Below are positions 1 to 12,430 of a DNA stretch of 64,000 nt, one piece after another. Both the position numbers and the translations under genes were made by a program. Position 1 is the first letter of the stretch. Each line of letters begins with the position of its first letter. The notes under the pieces are model-generated. The model had not been told where the DNA came from. It did no database searches and worked only from the letters and a program-made list of their open reading frames with translations. Where the stretch lies: the NCBI RefSeq assembly GCF_057098645.1, contig NZ_CM169472.1, one strand, 5' to 3'.

Positions 1-68
1 GCCTGACCTTTAACGGTCAATGGTCGCGCTTCGACAACTATGCGGGGCCGCAGTACGACGACGAATAA
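1..68 (+). CDS. dnaB: Replicative DNA helicase DnaB, C-terminal fragment (gene starts upstream of the window)
   Basis: Frame 3 reads ...LTFNGQWSRFDNYAGPQYDDE then TAA at 66-68, matching the DnaB C-terminus; position directly upstream of alr as in E. coli. Confidence 0.75.
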   Translation, partial: LTFNGQWSRFDNYAGPQYDDE

Positions 69-120
69 TAATTATTTTATGAATTAGGTAATTAAAGCAA
101 ACACTTATCAAGGAACACAA

Positions 121-1200
121 ATGCAAGCGGCAACTGTTGTGATTAACCGCCGCGCTCTGCGACACAACCTGCAACGTCTTCGTGAACTGGCTCCTGCCAG
201 TAAAATGGTTGCGGTGGTGAAAGCGAACGCTTATGGTCACGGTCTTCTTGAGACCGCGCGAACGCTCCCCGATGCTGACGCCTTTGGCGTAGCCCGTCTC
301 GAAGAAGCTCTGCGACTGCGTGCGGGGGGAATCACCAAACCTGTACTGTTACTCGAAGGCTTTTTTGATGCCAGAGATCTGCCGACGATTTCTGCGCAAC
401 ATTTTCATACCGCCGTGCATAACGAAGAACAGCTGGCTGCGCTGGAAGAGGCTAGCCTGGACGAGCCGGTTACCGTCTGGATGAAACTCGATACCGGTAT
501 GCACCGTCTGGGCGTAAGGCCGGAACAGGCTGAGGCGTTTTATCATCGCCTGACCCAGTGCAAAAACGTTCGTCAGCCGGTGAATATCGTCAGCCATTTT
601 GCGCGCGCGGATGAACCAAAATGTGGCGCAACCGAGAAACAACTCGCTATCTTTAATACCTTTTGCGAAGGCAAACCAGGTCAACGTTCCATTGCCGCGT
701 CGGGTGGCATTCTGCTGTGGCCACAGTCGCATTTTGACTGGGTGCGCCCGGGCATCATTCTTTATGGCGTCTCGCCGCTGGAAGATCTCTCCACCGGTGC
801 CGATTTTGGCTGTCAGCCAGTGATGTCACTAACCTCCAGCCTGATTGCCGTGCGTGAGCATAAAGTCGGAGAGCCTGTCGGTTATGGTGGAACCTGGGTA
901 AGCGAACGTGATACCCGCCTTGGCGTAGTCGCGATGGGCTATGGCGATGGTTATCCGCGCGCCGCGCCGTCCGGTACGCCAGTGCTGGTGAACGGTCGCG
1001 AAGTGCCGATTGTCGGGCGCGTGGCGATGGATATGATCTGCGTAGACTTAGGTCCACAGGCACAGGATAAAGCCGGGGACCCGGTCATTTTGTGGGGTGA
1101 AGGTTTGCCCGTAGAACGTATCGCTGAAATGACGAAAGTAAGCGCTTACGAACTTATTACGCGCCTGACTTCAAGGGTCGCGATGAAATACGTGGATTAA
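121..1200 (+). CDS. alr: Alanine racemase, biosynthetic (PLP-dependent)
   Basis: 359-aa ORF with the PLP-lysine motif [11 protein letters not shown]; matches E. coli Alr in length and sequence as recalled. Confidence 0.95.
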   Translation: MQAATVVINRRALRHNLQRLRELAPASKMVAVVKANAYGHGLLETARTLPDADAFGVARLEEALRLRAGGITKPVLLLEGFFDARDLPTISAQHFHTAVHNEEQLAALEEASLDEPVTVWMKLDTGMHRLGVRPEQAEAFYHRLTQCKNVRQPVNIVSHFARADEPKCGATEKQLAIFNTFCEGKPGQRSIAASGGILLWPQSHFDWVRPGIILYGVSPLEDLSTGADFGCQPVMSLTSSLIAVREHKVGEPVGYGGTWVSERDTRLGVVAMGYGDGYPRAAPSGTPVLVNGREVPIVGRVAMDMICVDLGPQAQDKAGDPVILWGEGLPVERIAEMTKVSAYELITRLTSRVAMKYVD

Positions 1201-1225
1201 TCGTTCTGTAATATTTGATTGTCTG

Positions 1226-1257
1226 TGCCGGATGCGGCGTGAATGCCTTATCCGGCC
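1226..1257. repeat. REP (repetitive extragenic palindromic) element
   Basis: gccggatgcggcgtgaatgccttatccggcc: imperfect palindrome of the enterobacterial REP family immediately after alr. Confidence 0.6.
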
Positions 1258-1452
1258 AATAAAATCCTACCAATTCAATAAGTTGATATTCTTTCATGCT
1301 CTTATAAAGGTCGTACCTCTGGCGGATGTACGTTTGTCATGAGTCTCACTCTGTTGCTAATTGCCGTTCGCCCCTGAACATCCACTCGATCTTCGCCTTC
1401 TTCCGGTTTATTGTGTTTTAACCACCTGCCCGTAAACCTGGAGAACCATCGC

Positions 1453-2646
1453 GTGTTTCAAAAAGTTGACGCCTACGCTGGCGACCCGATTCTTACGCTT
1501 ATGGAGCGTTTTAAAGAAGACCCTCGCAGCGACAAAGTGAATTTAAGTATCGGTCTGTACTACAACGAAGACGGAATTATTCCACAATTGAAAGCCGTGG
1601 CTGATGCAGAAGCGCGCCTGAATGCGGTGCCTCATGGCGCTTCGCTTTATTTACCGATGGAAGGGCTTAACAGCTATCGCCATGCCATTGCGCCGCTGCT
1701 GTTTGGTGCCGACCATCCGGTACTGCAACAACAGCGCGTAGCAACCATTCAAACCCTTGGCGGCTCAGGGGCATTGAAAGTGGGTGCGGATTTCCTGAAA
1801 CGCTACTTTCCGGAATCAGGCGTCTGGGTCAGCGATCCTACCTGGGAAAACCACGTAGCAATATTCGCCGGGGCTGGATTCGAAGTAAGTACTTACCCCT
1901 GGTATGACGAAGCGACTAACGGCGTGCGCTTTAATGACCTGTTGGCGATGCTGAAAACATTACCTGCCCGCAGTATTGTGTTGCTGCATCCATGTTGCCA
2001 CAACCCAACGGGTGCCGATCTCACTAATGACCAGTGGGATGCGGTGATTGAAATTCTCAAAGCCCGCGAGCTTATCCCATTCCTTGATATTGCCTATCAA
2101 GGATTTGGTGCCGGTATGGAAGAGGATGCCTACGCCATTCGCGCCATTGCCAGCGCTGGATTACCCGCTCTGGTGAGCAATTCGTTCTCGAAAATTTTCT
2201 CCCTTTACGGCGAGCGCGTCGGCGGACTTTCTGTTCTGTGTGAAGATGCCGAAGCTGCAGGCCACGTACTGGGGCAATTGAAAGCAACAGTTCGCCGCAA
2301 CTACTCCAGCCCGCCGAATTTTGGTGCGCAGGTGGTGGCTGCAGTGCTGAATGACGAGGCATTGAAAGCCAGCTGGCTGGCGGAAGTAGAAGAGATGCGT
2401 ACTCGCATTCTGGCAATGCGTCAGGAACTGGTGAAGGTATTAAGCACAGAGATGCCAGAACGCAATTTCGATTATCTGCTTAATCAGCGCGGCATGTTCA
2501 GTTATACCGGTTTAAGTGCCGCTCAGGTTGACCGACTACGTGAAGAATTTGGTGTCTATCTCATCGCCAGCGGTCGCATGTGTGTCGCCGGGTTAAATAC
2601 GGCAAATGTGCAACGTGTGGCAAAGGCGTTTGCTGCGGTGATGTAA
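1453..2646 (+). CDS. tyrB: Aromatic-amino-acid aminotransferase
   Basis: ORF-track entry 1411-2646 trimmed to the in-frame GTG at 1453 ([14 protein letters not shown]...), giving 397 aa as in E. coli TyrB; [20 protein letters not shown]-lysine region present. Confidence 0.9.
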   Translation: MFQKVDAYAGDPILTLMERFKEDPRSDKVNLSIGLYYNEDGIIPQLKAVADAEARLNAVPHGASLYLPMEGLNSYRHAIAPLLFGADHPVLQQQRVATIQTLGGSGALKVGADFLKRYFPESGVWVSDPTWENHVAIFAGAGFEVSTYPWYDEATNGVRFNDLLAMLKTLPARSIVLLHPCCHNPTGADLTNDQWDAVIEILKARELIPFLDIAYQGFGAGMEEDAYAIRAIASAGLPALVSNSFSKIFSLYGERVGGLSVLCEDAEAAGHVLGQLKATVRRNYSSPPNFGAQVVAAVLNDEALKASWLAEVEEMRTRILAMRQELVKVLSTEMPERNFDYLLNQRGMFSYTGLSAAQVDRLREEFGVYLIASGRMCVAGLNTANVQRVAKAFAAVM

Positions 2647-2866
2647 TGCAGTAAAGCAGGCTGGAATTACCCAGCCTGCAGTGAAATTAAACTGTCGTCG
2701 CTTTCACACTTTCTTTATAGATGATTTTTTTGATACCATCGTTCTACGTGAGAGATAATAAACGTTGTTAGTTCTTTTATTGTTAAGCTTATCCTAATTA
2801 TCTGGAATTCCTTACCCTGTTTTTTGTGTGGGGTAATAATTTCTGCATTTCTAATCATTATTAAAC

Positions 2867-3391
2867 TTAATAATAAGTGCCGGGTTTGTTACGATAGTAT
2901 TCTGCTATATCCTTAAGAATATGCTTTGCCTTATTGCCTGTGACTTTCTGAGATTCAATTATAGTATCGTTAAATTCTAAAGTTAAAGAGAACTCATTTT
3001 TTCCGCTTTGTGTAAGTTTAACCTTATATTGATTACCAATATCAAATGAAAAGGTCCTGTAATGAGAATAATCACCTTTAACCTCCTCGGCAAAACAGCA
3101 AAGCGTGCAAATATACATACAATCTTTCTTACCCCTGATTTTGTTAACTAAATCAATAAATGCGTGAAAAACTGTACTTGCAATAGAACTTGATGCTTCT
3201 TCTCCAGGTCTACAAAAATCTTTTGCAATTTTTAACTGTGTTTCTATATATAAAAAGAGATCTTTGGCATAAGAGATATCTTTGTTATTTAGTGTATCTA
3301 GCTCTACAGGTAAAGATGTCGTTTTGTTGCTATTCACATATGATATATTCATGTCATCATCTCCTTCGGGAGTAATAAAATTAGTCACCAT
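2867..3391 (-). CDS. Hypothetical protein, 174 aa, AT-rich, no recognisable domain
   Basis: Uninterrupted 174-codon ORF in a markedly AT-rich tyrB-aphA intergenic block; Asn/Lys/Ile-rich; no motif I can assign. Occupies the position of the short K-12 gene yjbS. Confidence 0.45.
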   Translation of the reverse strand: MVTNFITPEGDDDMNISYVNSNKTTSLPVELDTLNNKDISYAKDLFLYIETQLKIAKDFCRPGEEASSSIASTVFHAFIDLVNKIRGKKDCMYICTLCCFAEEVKGDYSHYRTFSFDIGNQYKVKLTQSGKNEFSLTLEFNDTIIESQKVTGNKAKHILKDIAEYYRNKPGTYY

Positions 3392-3490
3392 TGTAGGGTA
3401 GGGTTCTGGTCAATCAGAAATCATCTTTATAAAAATGTTATTTTATAAACTTCGATTGTTTTTGTAATGCTGTATCATTAAGTTCATTAA

Positions 3491-4483
<993 letters not shown>

Positions 4484-4489
4484 CAGAGC

Positions 4490-4525
4490 GGGAGAGCGTG
4501 ACACTCTCCCGAATGCTGTTTTTTT
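4490..4525 (+). terminator. Rho-independent terminator downstream of aphA
   Basis: GC stem gggagag/ctctccc followed by a run of seven T. Confidence 0.6.
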
Positions 4526-4593
4526 AATCACACCTTTATCCTTTCGCTGTCTTGCTGCAAACTGATTAAGAGAGTTTTATCAAGGAGCAGCAC

Positions 4594-5010
4594 ATGTGGT
4601 ATCAAAAGACGCTCACGCTTAGCGCCAAATCTCGTGGGTTTCATCTGGTAACGGATGAAATTCTGAATCAGCTGGCTGATATGCCGCGCGTTAACATCGG
4701 CTTACTGCATCTGTTGCTGCAACATACCTCCGCCTCTCTGACACTTAATGAGAACTGCGATCCCACCGTACGCCACGACATGGAGCGTTTTTTCCTCCGC
4801 ACCGTTCCCGATAATGGAAACTATGAGCATGACTATGAGGGAGCAGACGATATGCCTTCTCATATCAAATCCTCAATGCTGGGAACATCGCTTGTATTGC
4901 CGGTGCATAAAGGGCGTATTCAGACCGGCACCTGGCAAGGCATTTGGCTGGGGGAACATCGCATCCACGGCGGATCGCGTCGCATCATCGCGACACTACA
5001 AGGGGAGTAA
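4594..5010 (+). CDS. yjbQ: UPF0047 family protein YjbQ
   Basis: 138-aa ORF matching E. coli YjbQ as recalled; conserved position between aphA and uvrA. Confidence 0.85.
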
Positions 5011-5013
5011 AAA

Positions 5014-5370
5014 ATGACCATTTCGGAGTTGCTACAATATTGCATGGCAAAACCAGGCGCAGAACAGAGCGTGCATAACGACTGGAAAGCGACGCAGATC
5101 AAAGTGGAAGATGTACTGTTTGCGATGGTGAAAGAAGTAGAAAATCGCCCAGCTGTTTCGCTGAAAACCAGCCCGGAGCTGGCGGAGCTGCTACGTCAGC
5201 AGCACAGCGATGTGCGTCCAAGCCGCCATCTGAATAAAGCGCACTGGAGCACCGTGTATCTCGACGGTTCGCTGCCAGATTCGCAAATCTATTATCTGGT
5301 GGATGCGTCTTATCAGCAGGCGGTGAATTTACTGCCGGAAGAAAAACGTAAATTGCTGGTGCAACTCTGA
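5014..5370 (+). CDS. yjbR: Uncharacterised protein YjbR
   Basis: 118-aa ORF immediately after yjbQ (4-bp gap), same order as K-12. Confidence 0.85.
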   Translation: MTISELLQYCMAKPGAEQSVHNDWKATQIKVEDVLFAMVKEVENRPAVSLKTSPELAELLRQQHSDVRPSRHLNKAHWSTVYLDGSLPDSQIYYLVDASYQQAVNLLPEEKRKLLVQL

Positions 5371-5378
5371 AAGGAAAA

Positions 5379-5397
5379 GGCCGCTCAGAAAGCGGCC
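5379..5397. terminator. Bidirectional hairpin between convergent yjbR and uvrA
   Basis: ggccgct-cagaa-agcggcc stem-loop flanked by A-run upstream and T-rich downstream, between two convergent genes. Confidence 0.5.
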
Positions 5398-5404
5398 TTA
5401 ACGA

Positions 5405-8227
5405 TTACAGCATCGGCTTAAGGAAGCGTGCCGTGTGTGATGCTTCGCACTCCGCGACGGTTTCTGGTGTACCGGAGACGAGGATCTCGCCGCCGCCACT
5501 GCCGCCTTCCGGACCCAGGTCGACAATCCAGTCAGCAGTTTTGATCACGTCGAGATTGTGCTCAATCACCACGATGGTATTGCCCTGATCGCGCAGTTTA
5601 TGCAGCACGTCGAGCAGTTGCTGAATATCGGCGAAGTGCAGACCGGTGGTCGGCTCGTCGAGAATATACAGCGTCTGCCCGGTGCCGCGTTTTGACAGCT
5701 CACGCGCCAGCTTCACGCGCTGGGCTTCACCACCAGAAAGTGTGGTTGCGGACTGCCCCAGGCGAATGTACGTCAGACCAACGTCCATCAACGTTTGCAG
5801 CTTACGCGCCAGAGCTGGCACCGCATCAAAGAACTCACGCGCCTCTTCGATGGTCATATCCAGCACTTCGTGGATGGTTTTGCCTTTGTACTTAATTTCC
5901 AGCGTTTCACGGTTATAGCGTTTACCTTTACACTGGTCGCACGGTACGTAAATGTCCGGCAGGAAGTGCATCTCCACTTTGATCACGCCGTCGCCCTGAC
6001 AGGCTTCGCAGCGTCCGCCACGGACGTTAAAGCTGAAACGTCCCGGCGTATAGCCGCGCGCACGGGATTCCGGTACGCCCGCAAACAGTTCGCGCACAGG
6101 AGTAAACACGCCGGTATAGGTCGCCGGGTTAGAACGCGGAGTACGACCAATTGGGCTTTGGTCGATATCGATCACTTTATCGAAATGCTCCAGTCCCTGA
6201 ATATCGCGATACGGTGCCGGTTCGGCGATGGTCGCACCATTCAACTGGCGTTGGGCAATCGGGAACAGTGTGTCGTTAATCAGTGTCGATTTACCGGAAC
6301 CTGAAACCCCTGTGATGCAGGTAAACAGACCAACTGGCAGCGTTAGCGTCACGTCTTTCAGGTTATTACCGCGTGCACCAGTCAGCTTCAGCACTTTTTC
6401 CGGATTCGCCGGAACGCGTTTCTTCGGCACTTCAATCTTGCGTTTACCGCTCATGTACTGCCCGGTCAACGACTCCGGCACCGCCATAATCGCTTCCAGC
6501 GGACCTTCCGCGACCACTTCACCGCCATGTACACCTGCACCAGGACCGATATCGATCACATGATCAGCGGCGCGAATCGCGTCTTCGTCGTGCTCCACCA
6601 CAATCACGGTATTACCGAGATCGCGCAGATGGATAAGTGTACCCAACAGGCGCTCGTTATCGCGCTGGTGCAGGCCGATAGACGGCTCGTCCAGTACATA
6701 CATAACACCAACCAGGCCCGCACCAATCTGGCTCGCCAGACGGATACGCTGGGCTTCACCGCCAGAAAGCGTTTCTGCCGAGCGGGAAAGTGTCAGGTAA
6801 TTCAGGCCGACGTTAACGAGGAATTTCAAACGATCGCCGATCTCTTTAAGAATTTTTTCCGCAATCTTCGCCCGCTGACCTGCGAGTTTGAGATTGTTGA
6901 AGAATTCCATCGCATGACCAATGCTCATGTCGGAGATGGCGGGCAGCGGCGTATTCTCGACATACACGTGGCGCGCTTCCCGACGCAGACGCGTCCCTTC
7001 GCAGCTGGCACACGGACGATTACTGATAAACTTGGCTAATTCTTCGCGTACCGCGCTGGATTCCGTCTCTTTATAACGGCGCTCCATATTGTGCAGCACG
7101 CCTTCGAACGGATGACGACGAATGGAGGTATCGCCACGATCGTTCATGTATTTGAATTCAATGTTTTCTTTGCCAGAACCGTACAACACCACTTTATGCA
7201 CGTTCGCGCTCAGGCTGCCCCACGGCGCTTCGACGTCGAACTTATAGTGATCTGCCAGCGATTTCAGCATCTGAAAATAATAGAAGTTGCGGCGATCCCA
7301 GCCACGGATCGCACCACCTGCCAGCGACAGTTCCGGATTCTGGATCACGCGGTCAGGATCGAAATATTGCTGTACGCCAAGGCCGTCGCAGGTCGGGCAG
7401 GCCCCCGCCGGGTTGTTAAACGAAAACAGTCGCGGCTCCAGCTCGCGCATACTGTAGCCGCAAATTGGGCAGGCGAAGTTGGCGGAAAACAGCAGCTCTT
7501 CCGCTTTCGGGTCGTCCATATCCGCCACTACTGCGGTACCACCGGAAAGCTCCAGCGCGGTTTCAAACGACTCGGCCAGACGTTGGGTAAGATCGTCACG
7601 CACCTTGAAGCGATCAACCACCACTTCAATAGTGTGTTTCTTTTGCAGTTCCAGTTTCGGCGGATCGGAAAGATCGCAGACTTCGCCATCAATACGAGCA
7701 CGGATGTAACCCTGGCTTGCCAGGTTCTCCAGCGTTTTGGTGTGTTCGCCTTTGCGCTCTTTAATGATTGGCGCGAGCAGCATCAGACGCTTGCCTTCCG
7801 GCTGCGACAGCACGTTATCCACCATCTGGCTGACGGTTTGCGCCGCCAGCGGGACGTCGTGGTCCGGACAGCGCGGTTCGCCGACGCGGGCGAACAACAA
7901 ACGCAAATAGTCGTGGATTTCGGTGATTGTCCCCACCGTAGAACGCGGGTTATGAGACGTCGATTTCTGCTCAATTGAGATGGCAGGAGAAAGCCCCTCA
8001 ATATGATCGACGTCCGGCTTTTCCATCAGTGACAGAAACTGCCGCGCGTAGGCGGAAAGGGATTCAACGTAACGGCGCTGCCCTTCGGCATATAAGGTGT
8101 CGAAAGCGAGCGAGGATTTGCCAGAACCCGAAAGCCCGGTCACGACAATGAGCTTGTCGCGGGGGATAACGAGGTTGATGTTTTTGAGATTATGGGTGCG
8201 GGCGCCCCGAACTTCGATCTTATCCAT
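5405..8227 (-). CDS. uvrA: Excinuclease ABC subunit A
   Basis: 940-aa ORF with two ABC ATPase modules ([10 protein letters not shown] and [10 protein letters not shown] Walker A, two LSGGE signatures) and zinc-finger cysteine clusters. Confidence 0.97.
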   Translation of the reverse strand: MDKIEVRGARTHNLKNINLVIPRDKLIVVTGLSGSGKSSLAFDTLYAEGQRRYVESLSAYARQFLSLMEKPDVDHIEGLSPAISIEQKSTSHNPRSTVGTITEIHDYLRLLFARVGEPRCPDHDVPLAAQTVSQMVDNVLSQPEGKRLMLLAPIIKERKGEHTKTLENLASQGYIRARIDGEVCDLSDPPKLELQKKHTIEVVVDRFKVRDDLTQRLAESFETALELSGGTAVVADMDDPKAEELLFSANFACPICGYSMRELEPRLFSFNNPAGACPTCDGLGVQQYFDPDRVIQNPELSLAGGAIRGWDRRNFYYFQMLKSLADHYKFDVEAPWGSLSANVHKVVLYGSGKENIEFKYMNDRGDTSIRRHPFEGVLHNMERRYKETESSAVREELAKFISNRPCASCEGTRLRREARHVYVENTPLPAISDMSIGHAMEFFNNLKLAGQRAKIAEKILKEIGDRLKFLVNVGLNYLTLSRSAETLSGGEAQRIRLASQIGAGLVGVMYVLDEPSIGLHQRDNERLLGTLIHLRDLGNTVIVVEHDEDAIRAADHVIDIGPGAGVHGGEVVAEGPLEAIMAVPESLTGQYMSGKRKIEVPKKRVPANPEKVLKLTGARGNNLKDVTLTLPVGLFTCITGVSGSGKSTLINDTLFPIAQRQLNGATIAEPAPYRDIQGLEHFDKVIDIDQSPIGRTPRSNPATYTGVFTPVRELFAGVPESRARGYTPGRFSFNVRGGRCEACQGDGVIKVEMHFLPDIYVPCDQCKGKRYNRETLEIKYKGKTIHEVLDMTIEEAREFFDAVPALARKLQTLMDVGLTYIRLGQSATTLSGGEAQRVKLARELSKRGTGQTLYILDEPTTGLHFADIQQLLDVLHKLRDQGNTIVVIEHNLDVIKTADWIVDLGPEGGSGGGEILVSGTPETVAECEASHTARFLKPML

Positions 8228-8312
8228 TCACCTTTCCCGGATTAAACGCTTTTTTGCCCGGTGGCATGGTGCTACCGGCGATCACAAACGGTTAATTATG
8301 ACACAAATTGAC

Positions 8313-8328
8313 CTGAATGAATATACAG
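8313..8328. promoter_or_regulatory. LexA (SOS) box in the divergent uvrA-ssb control region
   Basis: CTGAATGAATATACAG on the plus strand (CTGTATATTCATTCAG on the minus strand), fitting the CTGT-N8-ACAG SOS consensus, located between uvrA and ssb. Confidence 0.8.
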
Positions 8329-8481
8329 TATTGGAATGCATTACCCGGAGTGTTGTGTAACAATGTCTGGCCAGGTTTGTTTCCCGGAACCGAGGTCACA
8401 ACATAGTAAAAGCGCTATTGGTAATGGTACAATCGCGCGTTTACACTTATTCAGAACGATTTTTTTTCAGGAGACACGAAC

Positions 8482-9018
8482 ATGGCCAGCAGAGGCGTAA
8501 ACAAGGTTATTCTCGTTGGTAATCTGGGTCAGGACCCGGAAGTACGCTACATGCCAAATGGTGGCGCTGTTGCCAACATTACGCTGGCTACTTCCGAATC
8601 CTGGCGTGATAAAGCGACCGGCGAGATGAAAGAGCAGACTGAATGGCACCGCGTTGTGCTGTTCGGCAAACTGGCAGAAGTAGCCAGCGAATATCTGCGT
8701 AAAGGTTCTCAGGTTTATATCGAAGGTCAGCTGCGTACCCGTAAATGGACCGATCAATCCGGTCAGGATCGCTACACCACAGAAGTCGTGGTGAACGTTG
8801 GCGGTACCATGCAGATGCTGGGTGGTCGTCAGGGTGGTGGTGCTCCTGCAGGTGGCAATATCGGTGGTGGTCAGCCGCAGGGCGGTTGGGGTCAGCCTCA
8901 GCAGCCGCAGGGTGGCAATCAGTTCAGCGGCGGCGCGCAGTCTCGCCCGCAGCAGTCCGCTCCGGCAGCGCCGTCTAACGAGCCGCCGATGGACTTTGAT
9001 GACGATATTCCGTTCTGA
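8482..9018 (+). CDS. ssb: Single-stranded DNA-binding protein
   Basis: 178-aa [47 protein letters not shown]..., Gly/Gln-rich linker and acidic C-terminal tail DFDDDIPF. Confidence 0.97.
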   Translation: MASRGVNKVILVGNLGQDPEVRYMPNGGAVANITLATSESWRDKATGEMKEQTEWHRVVLFGKLAEVASEYLRKGSQVYIEGQLRTRKWTDQSGQDRYTTEVVVNVGGTMQMLGGRQGGGAPAGGNIGGGQPQGGWGQPQQPQGGNQFSGGAQSRPQQSAPAAPSNEPPMDFDDDIPF

Positions 9019-9086
9019 TTTGTCATTAAAACAATAGGTTATATTGTTTTAAGGTGGATGATTAAAGCATCTGCCAGCCATAAAAA

Positions 9087-9111
9087 AGAAGCCTCCGTTA
9101 TGGAGGCTTCT
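9087..9111. terminator. Hairpin terminator between convergent ssb and yjcB
   Basis: agaagcctcc-gttat-ggaggcttct stem-loop; A-run on the upstream side gives a U-tract for the minus-strand gene. Confidence 0.5.
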
Positions 9112-9116
9112 ACGTA

Positions 9117-9398
9117 TCAGGTCAAAATCATTGGCCATTGTGGCGGTGTCTGATTCATCTCTTCTATCATCACCGACTCGATGTTGTGCCAGATGGCGGT
9201 GATGTCCGCCATTGTGATGCCAAGCAACCCCATTGCGAACCAGCAGGCGGAAACCACGCCCAGACCGCTGCTGATCACTGCAAGCCCGACATAATCAGAC
9301 CGACGAAAACGGATGTTGAGTGTGCTGGCCAGAAACATCATTACGGCACTAAGAAGTTGCCAGCGAAGAAGAACCACGCCAGTGGTGAGGGTAGCCAT
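9117..9398 (-). CDS. yjcB: Small inner-membrane protein YjcB
   Basis: ORF-track entry 9117-9497 trimmed to the internal ATG (MATLTTGVVLLRW...), 93 aa, two hydrophobic segments. Confidence 0.7.
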   Translation of the reverse strand: MATLTTGVVLLRWQLLSAVMMFLASTLNIRFRRSDYVGLAVISSGLGVVSACWFAMGLLGITMADITAIWHNIESVMIEEMNQTPPQWPMILT

Positions 9399-9824
9399 CA
9401 AACAATTCCTCTGAAAAGAGCCGATGCCCTGGACAGCGCGGCGTTGTTCACGGGAGGCGTGGTACACTCTGGCTATCGCGGGGCTTGCAGAACACAAAAA
9501 TGAAACACTCTGTTTGTTTCATTAATTTTGTGAACTATATCACAATTGATTGTTTGTTAGCCAGATTAGGTCGTGACTTTTATTGCTGTACAGATTATGT
9601 GGTTTTTCTGTGGCATTAAGGGCATATCTTCCCGCCGCCCTGCATTCCTGAAGAAAATTAATTTGAATATCAATGAATTATTTTCATCCAGGTGACGATT
9701 AAAAAGGTATCAATTTCAAATCAGGCAAAAGTGCTATTTATACCGTAAGATTTATCTAAAGACGTCGGTAGCCAGGGTTTCACCTTGCAATGGCCGGGTA
9801 TAAACAGGCAGGAAATTGATAGCA

Positions 9825-11411
9825 ATGAGTCATCGTGCACGACACCAATTACTGGCGTTGCCGGGCATTATCTTTTTAGTTCTCTTTCCCATCATTCTTT
9901 CGCTATGGATTGCCTTCCTTTGGGCAAAATCAGAAGTGAATAATCAGCTCCGAACCTTTGCTCAACTGGCACTGGATCAATCCGAGCTGGTCATTCACCA
10001 GGCAGATTTAGTGAGCGATGCAGCAGAACGCTATCAGGGGCAAGTTTGCTCTCCAGCCCATCAAAAGCGAATGTTAAATATTATTCGTGGCTATCTTTAT
10101 ATTAATGAATTGATCTATGCCCGTGATAACCATTTTTTATGCTCATCACTGATAGCGCCTGTAAACGGCTATACGATTGCACCGGCCGATTATAAGCGTG
10201 AACCTAACGTTTCTATCTATTATTTCCGCGATACGCCTTTTTTCTCTGGCTATAAAATGACCTATATGCAGCGGGGAAATTATGTGGCGGTTATCAACCC
10301 TCTCTTCTGGAGTGAAGTGATGTCTGATGACCCGACATTGCAATGGGGTGTGTATGATACGGTGACGAAAACCTTTTTCTCGTTAAGCAACGAGGCCTCG
10401 GCAGCAACGTTTTCTCCGCTGATTCATTTGAAGGATTTAACCGTACAAAGAAATGGCTATTTATATGCGACAGTTTATTCGACAAAACGCCCAATTGCAG
10501 CCATTGTTGCGACTTCATATCAACGTCTTATAGCCCATTTTTATAATCATCTTATTTTTGCGTTACCCGCCGGTATTTTGGGGAGTCTTGTTCTGCTATT
10601 ACTCTGGCTACGTATTCGACAAAACTATTTGTCTCCCAAACGCAAATTGCAACGCGCCCTAGAAAAACATCAACTTTGTCTTTATTACCAGCCAATAATC
10701 GATATCAAAACAGAAAAATGTATCGGCGCTGAAGCGTTGTTACGTTGGCCTGGTGAGCAGGGGCAAGTAATGAATCCGGCAGAGTTTATTCCGCTGGCAG
10801 AAAAGGAGGGGATGATAGAACAGGTAACTGATTATGTTATTGATAATGTCTTCCGCGATCTGGGCGCGTACCTTGCAACACATGCTGATCGCTATGTTTC
10901 TATTAATCTGTCGGCCTCCGATTTTCATACGTCACGGTTGATAGCGCGAATCAATCAGAAAACAGAGCAATACGCGGTGCGTCCGCAGCAAATTAAATTT
11001 GAAGTGACTGAGCATGCATTTCTTGATGTCAACAAAATGACGCCGATTATTCTGGCTTTCCGCCAGGCCGGTTACGAAGTGGCAATTGATGATTTTGGTA
11101 TTGGCTACTCTAACTTGCATAACCTTAAATCATTGAATGTCGATATTTTGAAAATCGACAAATCGTTTGTTGAGACGCTGACCACCCATAAAACCAGTCA
11201 TTTGATTGCGGAACATATCATCGAGCTGGCGCACAGCCTGGGGTTAAAAACAATCGCTGAAGGCGTCGAAACGGAGGAGCAGGTTAACTGGCTGCGCAAA
11301 CGCGGCGTGCGCTATTGCCAGGGATGGTTCTTTGCGAAGGCGATGCCGCCGCAGGTGTTTATGCAATGGATGGAGCAATTACCCGCGCGGGAGTTAACGC
11401 GCGGGCAATAA
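9825..11411 (+). CDS. pdeC: Cyclic-di-GMP phosphodiesterase (CSS-motif sensor plus EAL domain)
   Basis: 528 aa from MSHRARHQ...; N-terminal TM, periplasmic domain with conserved cysteines, second TM, C-terminal EAL domain ([30 protein letters not shown]). Confidence 0.85.
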
Positions 11412-11413
11412 AA

Positions 11414-11737
11414 CTACAGGCGGTGGCGATAATCGCTGGGAGTGCGATCAAACTGCCGACGGAAAACGCGGGAGAAGGTCTGCTGCGAGACATAACCCAG
11501 GTCCATTGCGATATCAAAAATCGGACGCTCGGTGGTGCGCAACTCAACGGCGGCCAGTAACAGGCGGCGTTGGCGAATGTAATCGCCAAGCGTCTGATGC
11601 GTCACCGTGCGGAACATCCGTTGCAAGTACCACTTTGAATAGCCTGATTTTTTTGCGACAACATCAATGTTAAGCGGCTGGTCAATATGCTCGTCAATCC
11701 ATGCGATAAGATCCTGAATAATTTTCTGATGGGACAT
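11414..11737 (-). CDS. soxS: Superoxide-response AraC-family transcriptional activator
   Basis: 107-aa ORF MSHQKIIQDLIAWIDEHIDQPLNIDVVAKKSGYSKWYLQRMFR... matching SoxS. Confidence 0.95.
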   Translation of the reverse strand: MSHQKIIQDLIAWIDEHIDQPLNIDVVAKKSGYSKWYLQRMFRTVTHQTLGDYIRQRRLLLAAVELRTTERPIFDIAMDLGYVSQQTFSRVFRRQFDRTPSDYRHRL

Positions 11738-11793
11738 AAATCTGCCTCTTTTCAGTGTTCAGTTCGTTAATTCATCTGTTGGGGAGTATAATT

Positions 11794-11811
11794 CCTCAAG
11801 TTAACTTGAGG
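11794..11811. promoter_or_regulatory. SoxR operator palindrome within the soxS promoter
   Basis: Perfect 18-bp palindrome CCTCAAGTTAACTTGAGG in the 85-bp divergent soxS-soxR intergenic region. Confidence 0.8.
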
Positions 11812-11822
11812 TAAAGCGATTT

Positions 11823-12287
11823 ATGGAAAAGAAATTACCCCGCATTAAAGCGCTGCTAACCCCCGGCGAAGTGGCGAAACGCAGCGGTGTGGCGGTATCG
11901 GCGCTGCATTTCTATGAAAGCAAAGGGTTGATTACCAGTATCCGTAACAGCGGCAATCAGCGGCGATATAAACGTGATGTGTTGCGATATGTCGCAATTA
12001 TCAAAATTGCTCAGCGTATTGGCATTCCGCTGGCGACCATTGGTGAAGCGTTTGGCGTGTTGCCCGAAGGGCATACATTAAGCGCCAAAGAGTGGAAGCA
12101 GCTTTCTTCGCAATGGCGAGAAGAATTAGATCGGCGCATTCATACCTTAGTGGCGCTGCGTGACGAACTGGACGGATGTATTGGTTGTGGCTGCCTTTCG
12201 CGCAGTGATTGCCCGTTGCGTAACCCGGGCGACCGCTTAGGAGAAGAAGGTACCGGCGCACGCTTGCTGGAAGATGAACAAAACTAA
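11823..12287 (+). CDS. soxR: Redox-sensing MerR-family regulator with [2Fe-2S] cluster
   Basis: 154-aa ORF; MerR HTH ([26 protein letters not shown]) and C-terminal cysteine cluster [12 protein letters not shown]. Confidence 0.95.
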   Translation: MEKKLPRIKALLTPGEVAKRSGVAVSALHFYESKGLITSIRNSGNQRRYKRDVLRYVAIIKIAQRIGIPLATIGEAFGVLPEGHTLSAKEWKQLSSQWREELDRRIHTLVALRDELDGCIGCGCLSRSDCPLRNPGDRLGEEGTGARLLEDEQN

Positions 12288-12316
12288 AGCGCCACAAGGG
12301 CGCTTTAGTTTGTTTT
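12286..12316. terminator. Rho-independent (bidirectional) terminator after soxR
   Basis: aaagcgcc-acaa-gggcgcttt stem-loop followed by agtttgtttt; A-rich on the other flank. Confidence 0.65.
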
Positions 12317-12430
12317 CCGGTCTTTGTCTTTCTCTCTATCCCGCTGGTACACAGGAGGGTTTCCCCCGACGTCAACACACCTCATTCGAGCACGTGGTGG
12401 AGGTTCCGGTTGGTGTTGATGCTTTAATTG
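12290..12430 (-). ncRNA. ryjA: Candidate small RNA in the soxR-ghxP spacer (position of K-12 ryjA); boundaries approximate
   Basis: K-12 carries sRNA RyjA in this intergenic region, antisense to soxR direction; the shared hairpin at 12286-12316 could serve as its terminator. Not verified by alignment. Confidence 0.25.

Noticed and set aside
5646-8001. Several ORFs of 70-295 aa antisense to or out of frame within uvrA
   Set aside because: Entirely nested in a well-supported 940-aa gene; Arg/Ala/Ser-rich translations typical of shadow ORFs in GC-rich coding DNA.
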